Source: a virus
IMG/VR virus record: IMGVR_UViG_3300006737_000017
Coordinates: 74,300 to 138,299 of that record
DNA: 64,000 bases
Reading direction: 5' to 3' (one strand)
Part shown: positions 1 to 8,780 of the stretch, in pieces
How the letters are laid out: the number at the start of each line of letters is the position of its first letter
How positions within the stretch are numbered: position 1 is the first letter of the stretch
Made by a program: the position numbers and the translations under genes
Notes under the pieces: generated by a model
Told to the model about the DNA's origin: nothing
The model's input: only the letters and a program-made list of their open reading frames with translations
Database searches by the model: none

Positions 1-1
1 A

Positions 2-112
2 TTAGAAGACTTTGCAAAACTAAAAGCACAGTATAGAAAACAAGCAACTATACCCAATGCTGAATTTGAAAAACTAATTAATAAATACTATAAACATGGC
101 AAAAAGAAATAA
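2..112 (+). CDS. 3' end of a hypothetical protein (partial)
   Basis: Open frame from the window edge (LEDFAKLKAQYRKQ...HGKKK) to TAA at 110-112, overlapping the next start. Confidence 0.6.
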   Translation, partial: LEDFAKLKAQYRKQATIPNAEFEKLINKYYKHGKKK

Positions 113-635
113 AAAAATAAAGGTTGTAAATAGAGAACAAGAATATATTGTTGAATATAGAAAGGGTACAAAATGGAACGAAAGACCTGATTGCACCTAC
201 AGATATATGTCTTGTAAATTATGCGGTCACATGACAGTAGTAGGAGAAGACGCTACAGCAGTTACTTGTCACCATTGTGTTAATGAAATGGTAGAAGGCC
301 CACAATTTTCAGCAAGAAGAATAAGCTCTGGTCGCCCAGCTGGTTGGCATTTTATGGCTGAGTACGTTGATAAAGATGGTAACGTATTTCACAAAGGTAA
401 AGAGCAACCTAAATTAAAAGGTACAATAGAAGCTACTGTCATTGTAAAAAAACAAAAAATTTCAAAGACAGAAAAGAATACTATGATCAGAGAAGCTAAC
501 ACTAGAATTCACAAATTAAAGAAAGACCTTAAGAATGCAAAGCTCAAGAAAGAAATCAAAAGTCTTACAAGAGAAATAACTAGATTATCTAAAATTGCAA
601 GAGGTAAAATACCAAGGTCAAAAAGATTTAAGTAA
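96..635 (+). CDS. Zn-ribbon hypothetical protein with basic coiled-coil C-terminus
   Basis: CKLC...CHHC pair; Lys-rich helical tail. Confidence 0.7.
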   Translation: MAKRNKKIKVVNREQEYIVEYRKGTKWNERPDCTYRYMSCKLCGHMTVVGEDATAVTCHHCVNEMVEGPQFSARRISSGRPAGWHFMAEYVDKDGNVFHKGKEQPKLKGTIEATVIVKKQKISKTEKNTMIREANTRIHKLKKDLKNAKLKKEIKSLTREITRLSKIARGKIPRSKRFK

Positions 636-638
636 ATT

Positions 639-672
639 ATTTGGATAAGTCGAAAAAATTTATTATATTGTA
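639..672 (+). promoter_or_regulatory. Host-RNAP-type (early/middle) promoter, copy 1
   Basis: ATTTGGATAAGTCGAAAAAATTTATTATATTGTA, 33/34 identical to 19391-19424. TTTG-N20-TATATT resembles the Bacteroidota -33/-7 layout. Confidence 0.75.
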
Positions 673-707
673 TACTAATAGAAAACAAAACTTATTAGGA
701 GATTACA

Positions 708-929
708 ATGGCAACGCACGACAAACTTATTTACTATAGAAGCGAATTTAGTAGAGAAGCAAAAAAGATAGAAATGGAAATTCCTCCGAATTTAACAATA
801 GCAGAGTTTAAGATTGTATGTAGAAGATTAGCTTCTTCTTTGGGTTATGCACCTGAATCAGTAGCTAATGAATTTGGAAGAGATAAAGAAGTTGGAAATA
901 AAAAACAATTAAAATTATTATTTGACTAA
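708..929 (+). CDS. Hypothetical protein
   Basis: 73 aa ORF with AGGAG RBS, downstream of the promoter motif. Confidence 0.7.
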   Translation: MATHDKLIYYRSEFSREAKKIEMEIPPNLTIAEFKIVCRRLASSLGYAPESVANEFGRDKEVGNKKQLKLLFD

Positions 930-931
930 AT

Positions 932-1516
932 ATGAAAAATTCAATTAAATTTTTTCTATGGATAGCTGTTATATTTTTATCGAGTATATTCGTTATTATT
1001 ACAATGGTATCTTATGAAAAGCAAATAGAAGATTTGCAAAATGAAAACGGCTCTTTAGATTATGCATTAAAATTTCAAAAAGAACAGTGTCAATATCACG
1101 TTCAAGAATTAATGCTTAAAATAGATTCTTTAGAAAAAGAGCTTATTTTTTATGAACCAAAAACTATTGGTGAAACTATAGATGAAATCTTAAATGCCAT
1201 AATTAGAGTAGAGTCTAGCAACAACGATTCAGCATACAATGTAAAAGAAGATGCAGTTGGATGTTTACAAATTAGACAAACTATGGTAGACGACGTTAAC
1301 CGAATCTTAAGAAGAAATGGTTATGATAAAAGATATTCATACAATGATAGATGGGATAGAAAAAAATCTATAGAGATGTTTGATATCTTTTGTAATTACT
1401 ATGGTTTAACTACTGCAGAAGAAATGGCAAGGTGCTGGAACGGTGGACCAAGAGGAATTGATAATCCAGCAACATTAGGTTACTGGGATAAAGTACAAAT
1501 GGAGATGAACTCATGA
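932..1516 (+). CDS. Membrane-anchored lysozyme-fold muralytic enzyme (SLT/i-type lysozyme-like)
   Basis: N-terminal TM helix, coiled coil, then AIIRVESS..AVGCLQI..ARCWNGGP with a candidate catalytic Glu. Confidence 0.7.
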   Translation: MKNSIKFFLWIAVIFLSSIFVIITMVSYEKQIEDLQNENGSLDYALKFQKEQCQYHVQELMLKIDSLEKELIFYEPKTIGETIDEILNAIIRVESSNNDSAYNVKEDAVGCLQIRQTMVDDVNRILRRNGYDKRYSYNDRWDRKKSIEMFDIFCNYYGLTTAEEMARCWNGGPRGIDNPATLGYWDKVQMEMNS

Positions 1517-2259
1517 ATTTAGATGAAAGTAAAATATTAGAAAATTGGAATGATTTATTAAAAGTCATTAATGATAATTTTGATGGTGAAAGAAAAAAGA
1601 ATCTTAAAGCAATGTACAATAAGTTAGCTGAAAGAATGATGTTAGCTCCTGCTTCTGGTATTATACACTATCACAATTGTTTTGCTGGTGGATACGTTGA
1701 TCATGTTCTAAGAGTTATAGAGTGTGCAAAAAGACTGTCTAATCAATGGGATGAAATGGGAGCAGACAAAAATTATACAGACGAAGAATTAATTTTTTCT
1801 GCATTGAACCACGACTTAGGTAAAGTTGGAGATATGGAAAAAGACTATTATATTCCTAACCCAAGTGAATGGCATAGAAAGAATCAAGGCAAGCTTTACA
1901 AATTTAACCCTGACTTAGATTACATGTCAGTACCAGATAGATCTTTATTTTTATTAGCACAGAATGGAATTTCATACACATACAATGAAGCAATGGGTAT
2001 TAGATTGCACGATGGTTTATATGACGATTCTAATGTTCAATATCTAAAAACTTTTAATACAGACAAAGAAATTAAAAGTAATCTACCTACAATACTTCAC
2101 CATGCAGATCATATGGCTTCTAGGATTGAACATGATAATTATGTAAAGTCTGCTGGTAATAATCTTAAGCCTCAACCAAAGAGAAGAAAAGCTTCTCCTA
2201 AACTAAATGGTGCATCAGATTCAGCAAACGACTTATTCAAAGATTTTTTTAAGGAGTAA
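1513..2259 (+). CDS. HD-domain phosphohydrolase (YhaM-like)
   Basis: APAS..HH..GG..DH, HDLGKVG, IRLHDG and LHHAD motifs. Confidence 0.8.
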   Translation: MNLDESKILENWNDLLKVINDNFDGERKKNLKAMYNKLAERMMLAPASGIIHYHNCFAGGYVDHVLRVIECAKRLSNQWDEMGADKNYTDEELIFSALNHDLGKVGDMEKDYYIPNPSEWHRKNQGKLYKFNPDLDYMSVPDRSLFLLAQNGISYTYNEAMGIRLHDGLYDDSNVQYLKTFNTDKEIKSNLPTILHHADHMASRIEHDNYVKSAGNNLKPQPKRRKASPKLNGASDSANDLFKDFFKE

Positions 2260-2262
2260 TAA

Positions 2263-2529
2263 ATGATATTAGAAATTATATTAATTAGTTTATTAATGTT
2301 GTCTATCTTTATAATTTATAGACAAGACCAAACTATAAAAAAGCAAATAGACTATATAGATTCTATAGAGACAAAGTTAATTAATAACTTTGAAATTATT
2401 AAAAGTTCTTTTATACGTATGAAAGAAATAGATCAAAAGGGCGGCTTTGAAAGTGACGACGAAGTAGGCCAAGTATTTACTAACATTAAAGAAGTCATAG
2501 AAGATTTAGAGAAAGAAGTAAATGGATAA
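2263..2529 (+). CDS. Small membrane-anchored coiled-coil protein
   Basis: N-terminal hydrophobic helix; AGGAG RBS. Confidence 0.7.
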   Translation: MILEIILISLLMLSIFIIYRQDQTIKKQIDYIDSIETKLINNFEIIKSSFIRMKEIDQKGGFESDDEVGQVFTNIKEVIEDLEKEVNG

Positions 2530-3268
2530 TTTAAGCCCAGTAGATTTATTCTACAAAGAACTAGAAAAACCTAAAGAAGTTAAATTAACTAGAAGAGGTA
2601 GACCTAGAAAAACTAAGATGTATTTTACACAAGTAACAGAAGATGCTATTATAGCATACAACCAAGAGTCTGATGTAAGAAAAAGAAACAAGGTTTGGAA
2701 TGATCATATTAATGGTGCAATATTCAAATTAGCAGAAAACATAATTAACAGGTTTAAGTTTATGTACATGGATGGTGGTATTGTAGAAGTTAAATCTGAA
2801 GTTGTTTCTTTCCTATTAACAAAGCTGCCTAAATATACTTCTGATAAAGGTAAAGCTTTTTCTTACTTTTCAATAGTAGCAAAAAATTATTTAATACAAA
2901 ATAACAATAAAAATTATAAAAGATTGATAAATAAAGCTGGTGTTAATCATATAGATTGGCAAAGAAATATAGGTAATGAAATGCATTTGTCTAAAACGCA
3001 TGATGGTATATTAGACTTTATGACTCAATTTATAGAATGGTATGAAGAAAAAATAGATCAAAAGTTTAGATTAGATAGGGACAAAGCTATTGCTTATGCA
3101 GTAATGGAATTATTTAAGAAAAGAGACAACATAGAAACTTATAATAAAAAAGCTCTTTATATTCTCATAAGAGAGATGACTGGAGCTAAAACACAGTATA
3201 TAACCAAAGTAGTAAAGCAGATAAAAAAAGAGTATGAAACTCTCTACTTAAAATACCAAACCAGATAG
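2522..3268 (+). CDS. Late-transcription sigma factor (T4 gp55-like)
   Basis: Sigma region 2-like LAENIINRFKF..KY...KAFSYFSIVAKNYLIQ, resembling the gp55 AYFTQ motif. Confidence 0.7.
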   Translation: MDNLSPVDLFYKELEKPKEVKLTRRGRPRKTKMYFTQVTEDAIIAYNQESDVRKRNKVWNDHINGAIFKLAENIINRFKFMYMDGGIVEVKSEVVSFLLTKLPKYTSDKGKAFSYFSIVAKNYLIQNNNKNYKRLINKAGVNHIDWQRNIGNEMHLSKTHDGILDFMTQFIEWYEEKIDQKFRLDRDKAIAYAVMELFKKRDNIETYNKKALYILIREMTGAKTQYITKVVKQIKKEYETLYLKYQTR

Positions 3269-3280
3269 TTATAATAAAGA

Positions 3281-3313
3281 AAAAGGTTATATAAAAGGTT
3301 TCTAAAAAAGGTT
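3281..3313 (+). repeat. Three direct repeats of AAAAGGTT
   Basis: Copies at 3281, 3293 and 3306, upstream of the OMP gene. Confidence 0.6.
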
Positions 3314-3327
3314 ATGGTATTGAACTC

Positions 3328-3808
3328 CGAAAGCATGTTAATTTTATTAAGAAAATAACAAGGAGAATTATATGAAAAATTTGATTTTAACAATGATGCT
3401 AGTATGCGGCATGTTCGCAGCAAATGCACAAACAAGTGGTGACTGGTACGTAGGTACTGGAGATGTAGCAAATACAGCATGGACTGATTGGTCTGTGTCA
3501 CCTACAATTGGATATGGTGTTATGGACAACCTAATGGTTGGTTGCTCAGTATCTCAAGCAGATTCAACTGTTGATATGGATATTGATTTTCACGCAAGAT
3601 ATTTTGTAAAAGGATATTTTGCTTATTTAGCAACAGACGGGCTATCTACGGATGGTATGTCTATTGGGGCAGGTAAGATGTTTACCTTACGTAATAATAT
3701 TTACGTTGACCCTAAAGTGGTTTACAACACAGGAGAAAAAACTACAAACCTTACATTAGGGTTTGGGTTTAGATTCTAATTAACCCATAATGGGTCAACA
3801 TGCTTTCG
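3328..3808. repeat. 12-bp perfect inverted repeat flanking the OMP gene
   Basis: CGAAAGCATGTT (3328-3339) and AACATGCTTTCG (3797-3808). Confidence 0.85.
3372..3779 (+). CDS. Small outer-membrane beta-barrel protein
   Basis: Sec signal peptide ending ANA-Q, alternating amphipathic strands, C-terminal BAM-type signal LGFGFRF. Confidence 0.8.
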   Translation: MKNLILTMMLVCGMFAANAQTSGDWYVGTGDVANTAWTDWSVSPTIGYGVMDNLMVGCSVSQADSTVDMDIDFHARYFVKGYFAYLATDGLSTDGMSIGAGKMFTLRNNIYVDPKVVYNTGEKTTNLTLGFGFRF

Positions 3809-3854
3809 ATGCAATTTTGCAACAGAATACTTATTAAAACAATAGGAGAAAACA

Positions 3855-4079
3855 ATGGATTCAGTAATTAAATACGTAAATGGTTTCTTTGGTGGTTTAG
3901 GTACTATTATGTTAGCTATCTTACCAGTAACGATTCTATGGCAAGTACTTACGGGTACTACTGTATTTGGAATGGATGTAATTGCAAATTTATCAGCTCT
4001 TGTAACTTCACTAGGTAATGGTGGTTTTGTAGGATTGGTAGTATTAGTAATTGTTGCTTCATTCTTTATGAAGAAATAG
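3855..4079 (+). CDS. Small inner-membrane protein (about 2 TM helices)
   Basis: 74 aa, almost wholly hydrophobic/Gly, ends KK; strong AGGAG RBS. Confidence 0.8.
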   Translation: MDSVIKYVNGFFGGLGTIMLAILPVTILWQVLTGTTVFGMDVIANLSALVTSLGNGGFVGLVVLVIVASFFMKK

Positions 4080-4096
4080 TTATATAAATAAAAAGG

Positions 4097-4122
4097 GCCC
4101 TCGTTAATTCGGGGGCTTTTTT
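4097..4122 (+). terminator. Intrinsic terminator
   Basis: GCCCTCG-TTAATT-CGGGGGC followed by a T-run. Confidence 0.85.
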
Positions 4123-4132
4123 GTGTGTTTAA

Positions 4133-4142
4133 GATATTTATA
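4133..4142 (+). promoter_or_regulatory. Putative late promoter GATATTTATA
   Basis: Recurrent intergenic motif upstream of structural operons. Confidence 0.7.
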
Positions 4143-4158
4143 ATAAAGGGAATGATAT

Positions 4159-4497
4159 ATGGATAAAGAAATATTTAAGGGAAAAACGTTTTCTGATTTG
4201 TGTGAGGATATATATACAAATTCTGTAAAGAAAGAAAAACAAATTTCAGCTTTGATAAAAGATTTACAACCAATGATCAAGTCAATTGGGGATGCAACTG
4301 TTATTGTACCGATAATAAAAGAATATTTAGAAGTTGGTGTAAAGAACGATGAGCATTTAATAAAGATGGCAGCTATAGTACAAAGGGCTCAATCTAGAGG
4401 CGATTCAACTGAGTCTGGTGGAATGCTTTTAACTGAAGAAGAAAAACGCCATCTATTAGAAACTGTTGAAGAACTAAACTCGGAAGATAAAAAATAA
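4159..4497 (+). CDS. Helical hypothetical protein (possibly small terminase subunit)
   Basis: 112 aa helical ORF heading a late operon. The function is a guess from size and helicity. Confidence 0.45.
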   Translation: MDKEIFKGKTFSDLCEDIYTNSVKKEKQISALIKDLQPMIKSIGDATVIVPIIKEYLEVGVKNDEHLIKMAAIVQRAQSRGDSTESGGMLLTEEEKRHLLETVEELNSEDKK

Positions 4498-5531
4498 TGC
4501 AAGACGAAATAATACAATCATCATTTTCTTCAGCAGATGGAAACAAAAATGAAGGAAATAAAATACCTCTTTATATGGGAAGAGTTATTAATGTTCTATT
4601 AAACCCTGAAACAAAAGAGTCGGTTGGTAGAGTAGAATTAAGAGTAGCAGAAAGAGAAGATGAAGAGGACAATCAGTTTGAAGAAGTATTTGCATTTCCA
4701 ATAAATTTGTATAACTATACAATGCCGCTTATTAACGAGTCTGTATTGGTTCATAGAACTGAAGCTGGTAGATACTTTTACTTTTCAATACCTCCTCACA
4801 ATTTTTATGATCAAATAACAATTGATAATGAGGATGACACTGAGCTAGAAGGTGAGGAAGAAGATGTAAAAATAAACTTGCAATCTTTTGATTTAATATC
4901 TGCAAATGATGAATCAGATAAAGAAATATATGGAGAGACCTTTACAGAAGAAGTTAAAACTGCTACTGATGCTATATTAAGTAGAAACGTTCATGAAGGT
5001 GATACACTAATACAAGGTAGATTTGGAAACTCTATAAAGCTTACTTCAAAGAATGAACTAAATGAAACTCCTTGGAGTATAGATGGAGAGGACGGTCAAC
5101 CTGTAATAGCAATTAGAAATGGTTTAGAAAGATACGAAGATCCTACAACAGATAATTCATTTATATACCTATTATCAGATCAATCTTTTGATTTTGGCGA
5201 TATAGCTTTCTCTCCTGAGAGTGGAAATCTTGGTGATACTATGGATGCTTATGTTGGAGGCCAAGTTATAATCGGAGCAGATAGATTAACATTGATGTCT
5301 AAAGCAGACGATATTTCTATATCATCTGCAGGATTAGTTAGTATAGCAACTGCAAAGTGGGCAGTAGATGTAGACGTCTTAATGGATCAAGTTAAAGCAT
5401 TAGCAGAACAAGTTGAGGCTTTAACAGCTGGGTCAGCAACATTCACAACTGGAGTTGGTCCAACTGGTCCTGCTACTAATGCTGGTGACTGTGCAGCCAT
5501 CACTGTTGAAATATCTGGGATGGAGCAATAA
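4497..5531 (+). CDS. Baseplate central spike (gp5/gpV-like)
   Basis: N-terminal OB-like GRVINV..GRV..P.INESV, GDTLIQGRFGNSI, beta-rich C-terminus; upstream of gp25/gp6 homologues. Confidence 0.6.
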   Translation: MQDEIIQSSFSSADGNKNEGNKIPLYMGRVINVLLNPETKESVGRVELRVAEREDEEDNQFEEVFAFPINLYNYTMPLINESVLVHRTEAGRYFYFSIPPHNFYDQITIDNEDDTELEGEEEDVKINLQSFDLISANDESDKEIYGETFTEEVKTATDAILSRNVHEGDTLIQGRFGNSIKLTSKNELNETPWSIDGEDGQPVIAIRNGLERYEDPTTDNSFIYLLSDQSFDFGDIAFSPESGNLGDTMDAYVGGQVIIGADRLTLMSKADDISISSAGLVSIATAKWAVDVDVLMDQVKALAEQVEALTAGSATFTTGVGPTGPATNAGDCAAITVEISGMEQ

Positions 5532-6067
5532 TGGCAATTAATTGGTCAGGTTTAGAATCGGATATTAAAGCTTGGTTCGAAGATGTAGGAGAAAAGACAG
5601 AAGATGATACTGCAAAATTTTTAGCAGACTCATATGGTCAAACTGTATCAACAGCTGCTGATCCAAATGGTAATCCTGTAATACCTCCTGGTAAAGAATC
5701 TGGAATAGAAAAAGCTTGGTCTTCTGCCTTTGCAGCACAGAAAGCAGTAGACAATAAATTAGGCCCTCCTGGGTGGGTATCTGTCGAAGGCGCTATACTT
5801 TTATTTTGGACTGCTTGTCCCTTTTCACCAGCACCCCCGCATCCTGGTACAGTAACGCCAATTTCAAATATTACAACTATGCCTGGATCTCCCGGTATAG
5901 CAGCAGCTATAGATAAAGCTTTTAATCAAGAAGATCCTGCTAAAGTTGCAAAGGAATTAGTTACTGGGTATAAAGCGCATGCTGCAACAATAGCTGGTTT
6001 GTACATAGGTCTTATACCACCTACAGCATCTACTCCATTAAACGTACCATGGGCAGGAATAAAATAA
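5531..6067 (+). CDS. Hypothetical baseplate-associated protein
   Basis: Pro/Ala-rich; its start overlaps the spike gene stop. Confidence 0.55.
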   Translation: MAINWSGLESDIKAWFEDVGEKTEDDTAKFLADSYGQTVSTAADPNGNPVIPPGKESGIEKAWSSAFAAQKAVDNKLGPPGWVSVEGAILLFWTACPFSPAPPHPGTVTPISNITTMPGSPGIAAAIDKAFNQEDPAKVAKELVTGYKAHAATIAGLYIGLIPPTASTPLNVPWAGIK

Positions 6068-6075
6068 CCTTTAGT

Positions 6076-6085
6076 GATATTTATA
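6076..6085 (+). promoter_or_regulatory. Putative late promoter
   Basis: GATATTTATA. Confidence 0.7.
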
Positions 6086-6118
6086 TATAGAAAAAGGTTT
6101 ATATAATAGGAGAATAAA

Positions 6119-6457
6119 ATGACAAAGAAAGACTTAGTACGTTTGATTAGAGAAGTAGTAAAACGAGAAGTAAAGACGCAAGTTAACAATGTATTAACTG
6201 AGATGGAAAATACCTCATCTAAAAAAATGAGTATTAATGAAGCAATAGAGCAAACAGCTGCAACAGACGTTCCAACTCTGAAAACATTTACAGCTGCTGA
6301 TGCAAGAGCAGGTTTTGCTGCAATGCAAACTGGCTTCAACCAACCACCACAGCAAACAGATTTACACGGTAAACCAGTTGACGTTAGTCAATTGCAAGGT
6401 GGACTAGATAAAGTATTAACAAGAGATTATTCAGAATTAGTAAAAAAGTTTAAGTAA
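6119..6457 (+). CDS. Hypothetical virion protein
   Basis: AGGAG RBS; N-terminal LVRLIREVVKREV helix motif shared with head-region proteins. Confidence 0.65.
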   Translation: MTKKDLVRLIREVVKREVKTQVNNVLTEMENTSSKKMSINEAIEQTAATDVPTLKTFTAADARAGFAAMQTGFNQPPQQTDLHGKPVDVSQLQGGLDKVLTRDYSELVKKFK

Positions 6458-6463
6458 TAACAT

Positions 6464-6883
6464 ATGCCAGAAAATAACCCGATATTAATAAACCCAATTG
6501 ATCTTGAACCAGATGTTGCCATCGGTATTAGTTTACCTATGGATGCTTCAAATGGCGCAGCACTTCAAAGTACATTTTATACTAAAGATCAAATAAAGGC
6601 AAATATTACAAGTTTATTTTCAACTATGATTGGAGAAAGAGTTATGCAACCAACGTTTGGTACATATCTTTTCAATCTATTATTTGAACAAGTTAATACT
6701 GATTTGAAAGAAAAACAAATAAGAAATGAAGTAGATAGAGCTATACAACAATGGGTACCAGAAGTAATTGTAAATGAAGTATCATTTCCTGAAGTTATAG
6801 ATGAAAGAAAAATATTAATTAAATTGAAATATAGTATACCACAGTATAACTTAGAAGACGAATTAACTTTAGAGGCACAATAA
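6464..6883 (+). CDS. Baseplate wedge subunit (gp25-like)
   Basis: QIKANI..LFSTMIGERVMQPTFG..LLFE..W.PEV signature. Confidence 0.9.
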   Translation: MPENNPILINPIDLEPDVAIGISLPMDASNGAALQSTFYTKDQIKANITSLFSTMIGERVMQPTFGTYLFNLLFEQVNTDLKEKQIRNEVDRAIQQWVPEVIVNEVSFPEVIDERKILIKLKYSIPQYNLEDELTLEAQ

Positions 6884-6885
6884 TT

Positions 6886-8769
6886 ATGGCAAGTAAAGAT
6901 ATTAAATATGTAGGTAGAGATTTTGATGGTTTTAAGTCTAACTTGATAGAGTTTGCTAAAAACTATTTTCCTAATACCTATAATGACTTTGATACTGCAT
7001 CACCTGGTACAATGTTTATTGAGATGGCGTCTTATGTAGGAGATGTACTTTCATATTACACAGATTATGCATTAAAAGAAAGTATGTTGCACAGAGCAAC
7101 AGAGAGAAAGAATTTATACGACCTAGCACAAGGTTTTGGATATAAACCAAAAATTTCTGTAGCATCTACATGTAAATTAGATGTATATATAAAAATACCC
7201 GCATTACAAGTAGCGACAGAAGATAATGCATTCGGAGGAGCAGCATCAGCACCAGATTGGGACTATGCTCCAGTTATAGAACAAGGAATGGTAGTATCAA
7301 CAGATGGTGGTACAAAATTTTATACGATGAACTCAATCAATTTCCAAGCTTCATCATCCTCTGATACTACTGATGTAACTGTTCACACGATTAATGCAAC
7401 TACATCTAATCCGGAATATTATTTATTAAAGAAGACTGTATTAGTATCAAGTGGTGATATAAGAACTACTTCATATGGTGGAACTGGTACAAAATCTCAA
7501 AAGTTTACTATAAACGATGATAATGTAATAGGTATAAATGAAGTAACAGACGGCGACAGCAATAGATGGTATGAAGTTCCTTACCTAGCTCAAGACACTA
7601 TCTTTGGAGAAAATGTTAATAGCGCAGCTTTTGATCCAACAACAAGTGGAGAATCTTCTAAGACTCCATATATTTTAACGTTAAAGAAAACGCCAAGAAG
7701 ATTTGTAACAAGAATCAATGGTGATAATAAATTAGTTTTACAATTCGGTTCTGGTATTTCAACAATAGCAGATTCTTTAATATTACCAAACCCAAATAAT
7801 GTAGGTACAAATTTACCAGGTTCATCTGATAATTTGAACAAAGCTTTTGACCCTTCTAATTTTATGAAAACCAAAACTTATGGTCAAGCTCCAACTGAAG
7901 CTCTTACAATAAAATATACAGTTGGATATGGCTTAGCTGGTAATGTATCAACTGGAACTATAACAAGTGTCAATTCGAAAACTATTACACAAAATTCAGA
8001 TGACGTATCAGATGCTCTAAAGAATATAGTAGAAACTTCTATAGCAGTAAACAATCCTGAACCAGCAAGTGGAGGAAAATCACAAGAAACAATAGAAGAC
8101 GTTAGAGAAAATGCTCTTGCTCATTTTGCTACACAACAAAGAGCTGTAACTAAGGAAGATTATATAATAAGAGCATATTCAATGCCGCCTAAGTTTGGAT
8201 CTGTTCCAAAAGTATTTATAACTCAAGACACGCAAATAGATATGAAAACAAGAGAAGAAGTGAATAATCCTCTTGCTTTGAATATGTACGTTTTGGGATA
8301 TGATCAAAATAAAAACTTAGCTAATTGCAACGAAGCTTCAAAAAAGAATTTGAAAAATTATTTATCACAATACAGAATGATGACTGATTCTATAAATATT
8401 AAAAATGGGTACATAATAAATCTAGGAGTAGACTTTGAAATTGTAGTACTAGCAGGCTTTAACTCTAGAACAGTCGTCTTAACTTGTATAGATAAATTAA
8501 AAGAATTAATGCATATAGATAATATGCAATTTATGCAACCAATTATTATAAAAGATTTACAATTAGAACTTTCAAAAATAGACGGTGTTCAGTCTGTTAT
8601 GAAATTTGATATAAGAAATAAGTGGAGAACAAGCTTAGGTTATTCTGGGGTTAAATACAACTTAGAAGATGCTAATAAAGGTGGAATAATATATCCTTCA
8701 AAGGATCCGTCTATATTTGAAATAAAATATCCAAACATAGACATCCAAGGAAGAGCAACTACATATTAG
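6886..8769 (+). CDS. Baseplate wedge protein (gp6/baseplate J-like)
   Basis: RDFD..K..L, YVGDVLSYY, GG...ET..R...QQRAVTKEDY motifs. Confidence 0.9.
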   Translation: MASKDIKYVGRDFDGFKSNLIEFAKNYFPNTYNDFDTASPGTMFIEMASYVGDVLSYYTDYALKESMLHRATERKNLYDLAQGFGYKPKISVASTCKLDVYIKIPALQVATEDNAFGGAASAPDWDYAPVIEQGMVVSTDGGTKFYTMNSINFQASSSSDTTDVTVHTINATTSNPEYYLLKKTVLVSSGDIRTTSYGGTGTKSQKFTINDDNVIGINEVTDGDSNRWYEVPYLAQDTIFGENVNSAAFDPTTSGESSKTPYILTLKKTPRRFVTRINGDNKLVLQFGSGISTIADSLILPNPNNVGTNLPGSSDNLNKAFDPSNFMKTKTYGQAPTEALTIKYTVGYGLAGNVSTGTITSVNSKTITQNSDDVSDALKNIVETSIAVNNPEPASGGKSQETIEDVRENALAHFATQQRAVTKEDYIIRAYSMPPKFGSVPKVFITQDTQIDMKTREEVNNPLALNMYVLGYDQNKNLANCNEASKKNLKNYLSQYRMMTDSINIKNGYIINLGVDFEIVVLAGFNSRTVVLTCIDKLKELMHIDNMQFMQPIIIKDLQLELSKIDGVQSVMKFDIRNKWRTSLGYSGVKYNLEDANKGGIIYPSKDPSIFEIKYPNIDIQGRATTY

Positions 8770-8780
8770 AGGAATAACTT

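Noticed and set aside
3316-3831. Hammerhead ribozyme or group I intron around the OMP gene
   Set aside because: GAAA plus a stem is present, but I found no CUGAnGA core or group I core elements.
4083-4090. TATAAATA as a T4-type promoter or an antisense late promoter
   Set aside because: Single occurrence in an A/T tract just before a terminator, and it lacks the 5' GA on the minus strand.
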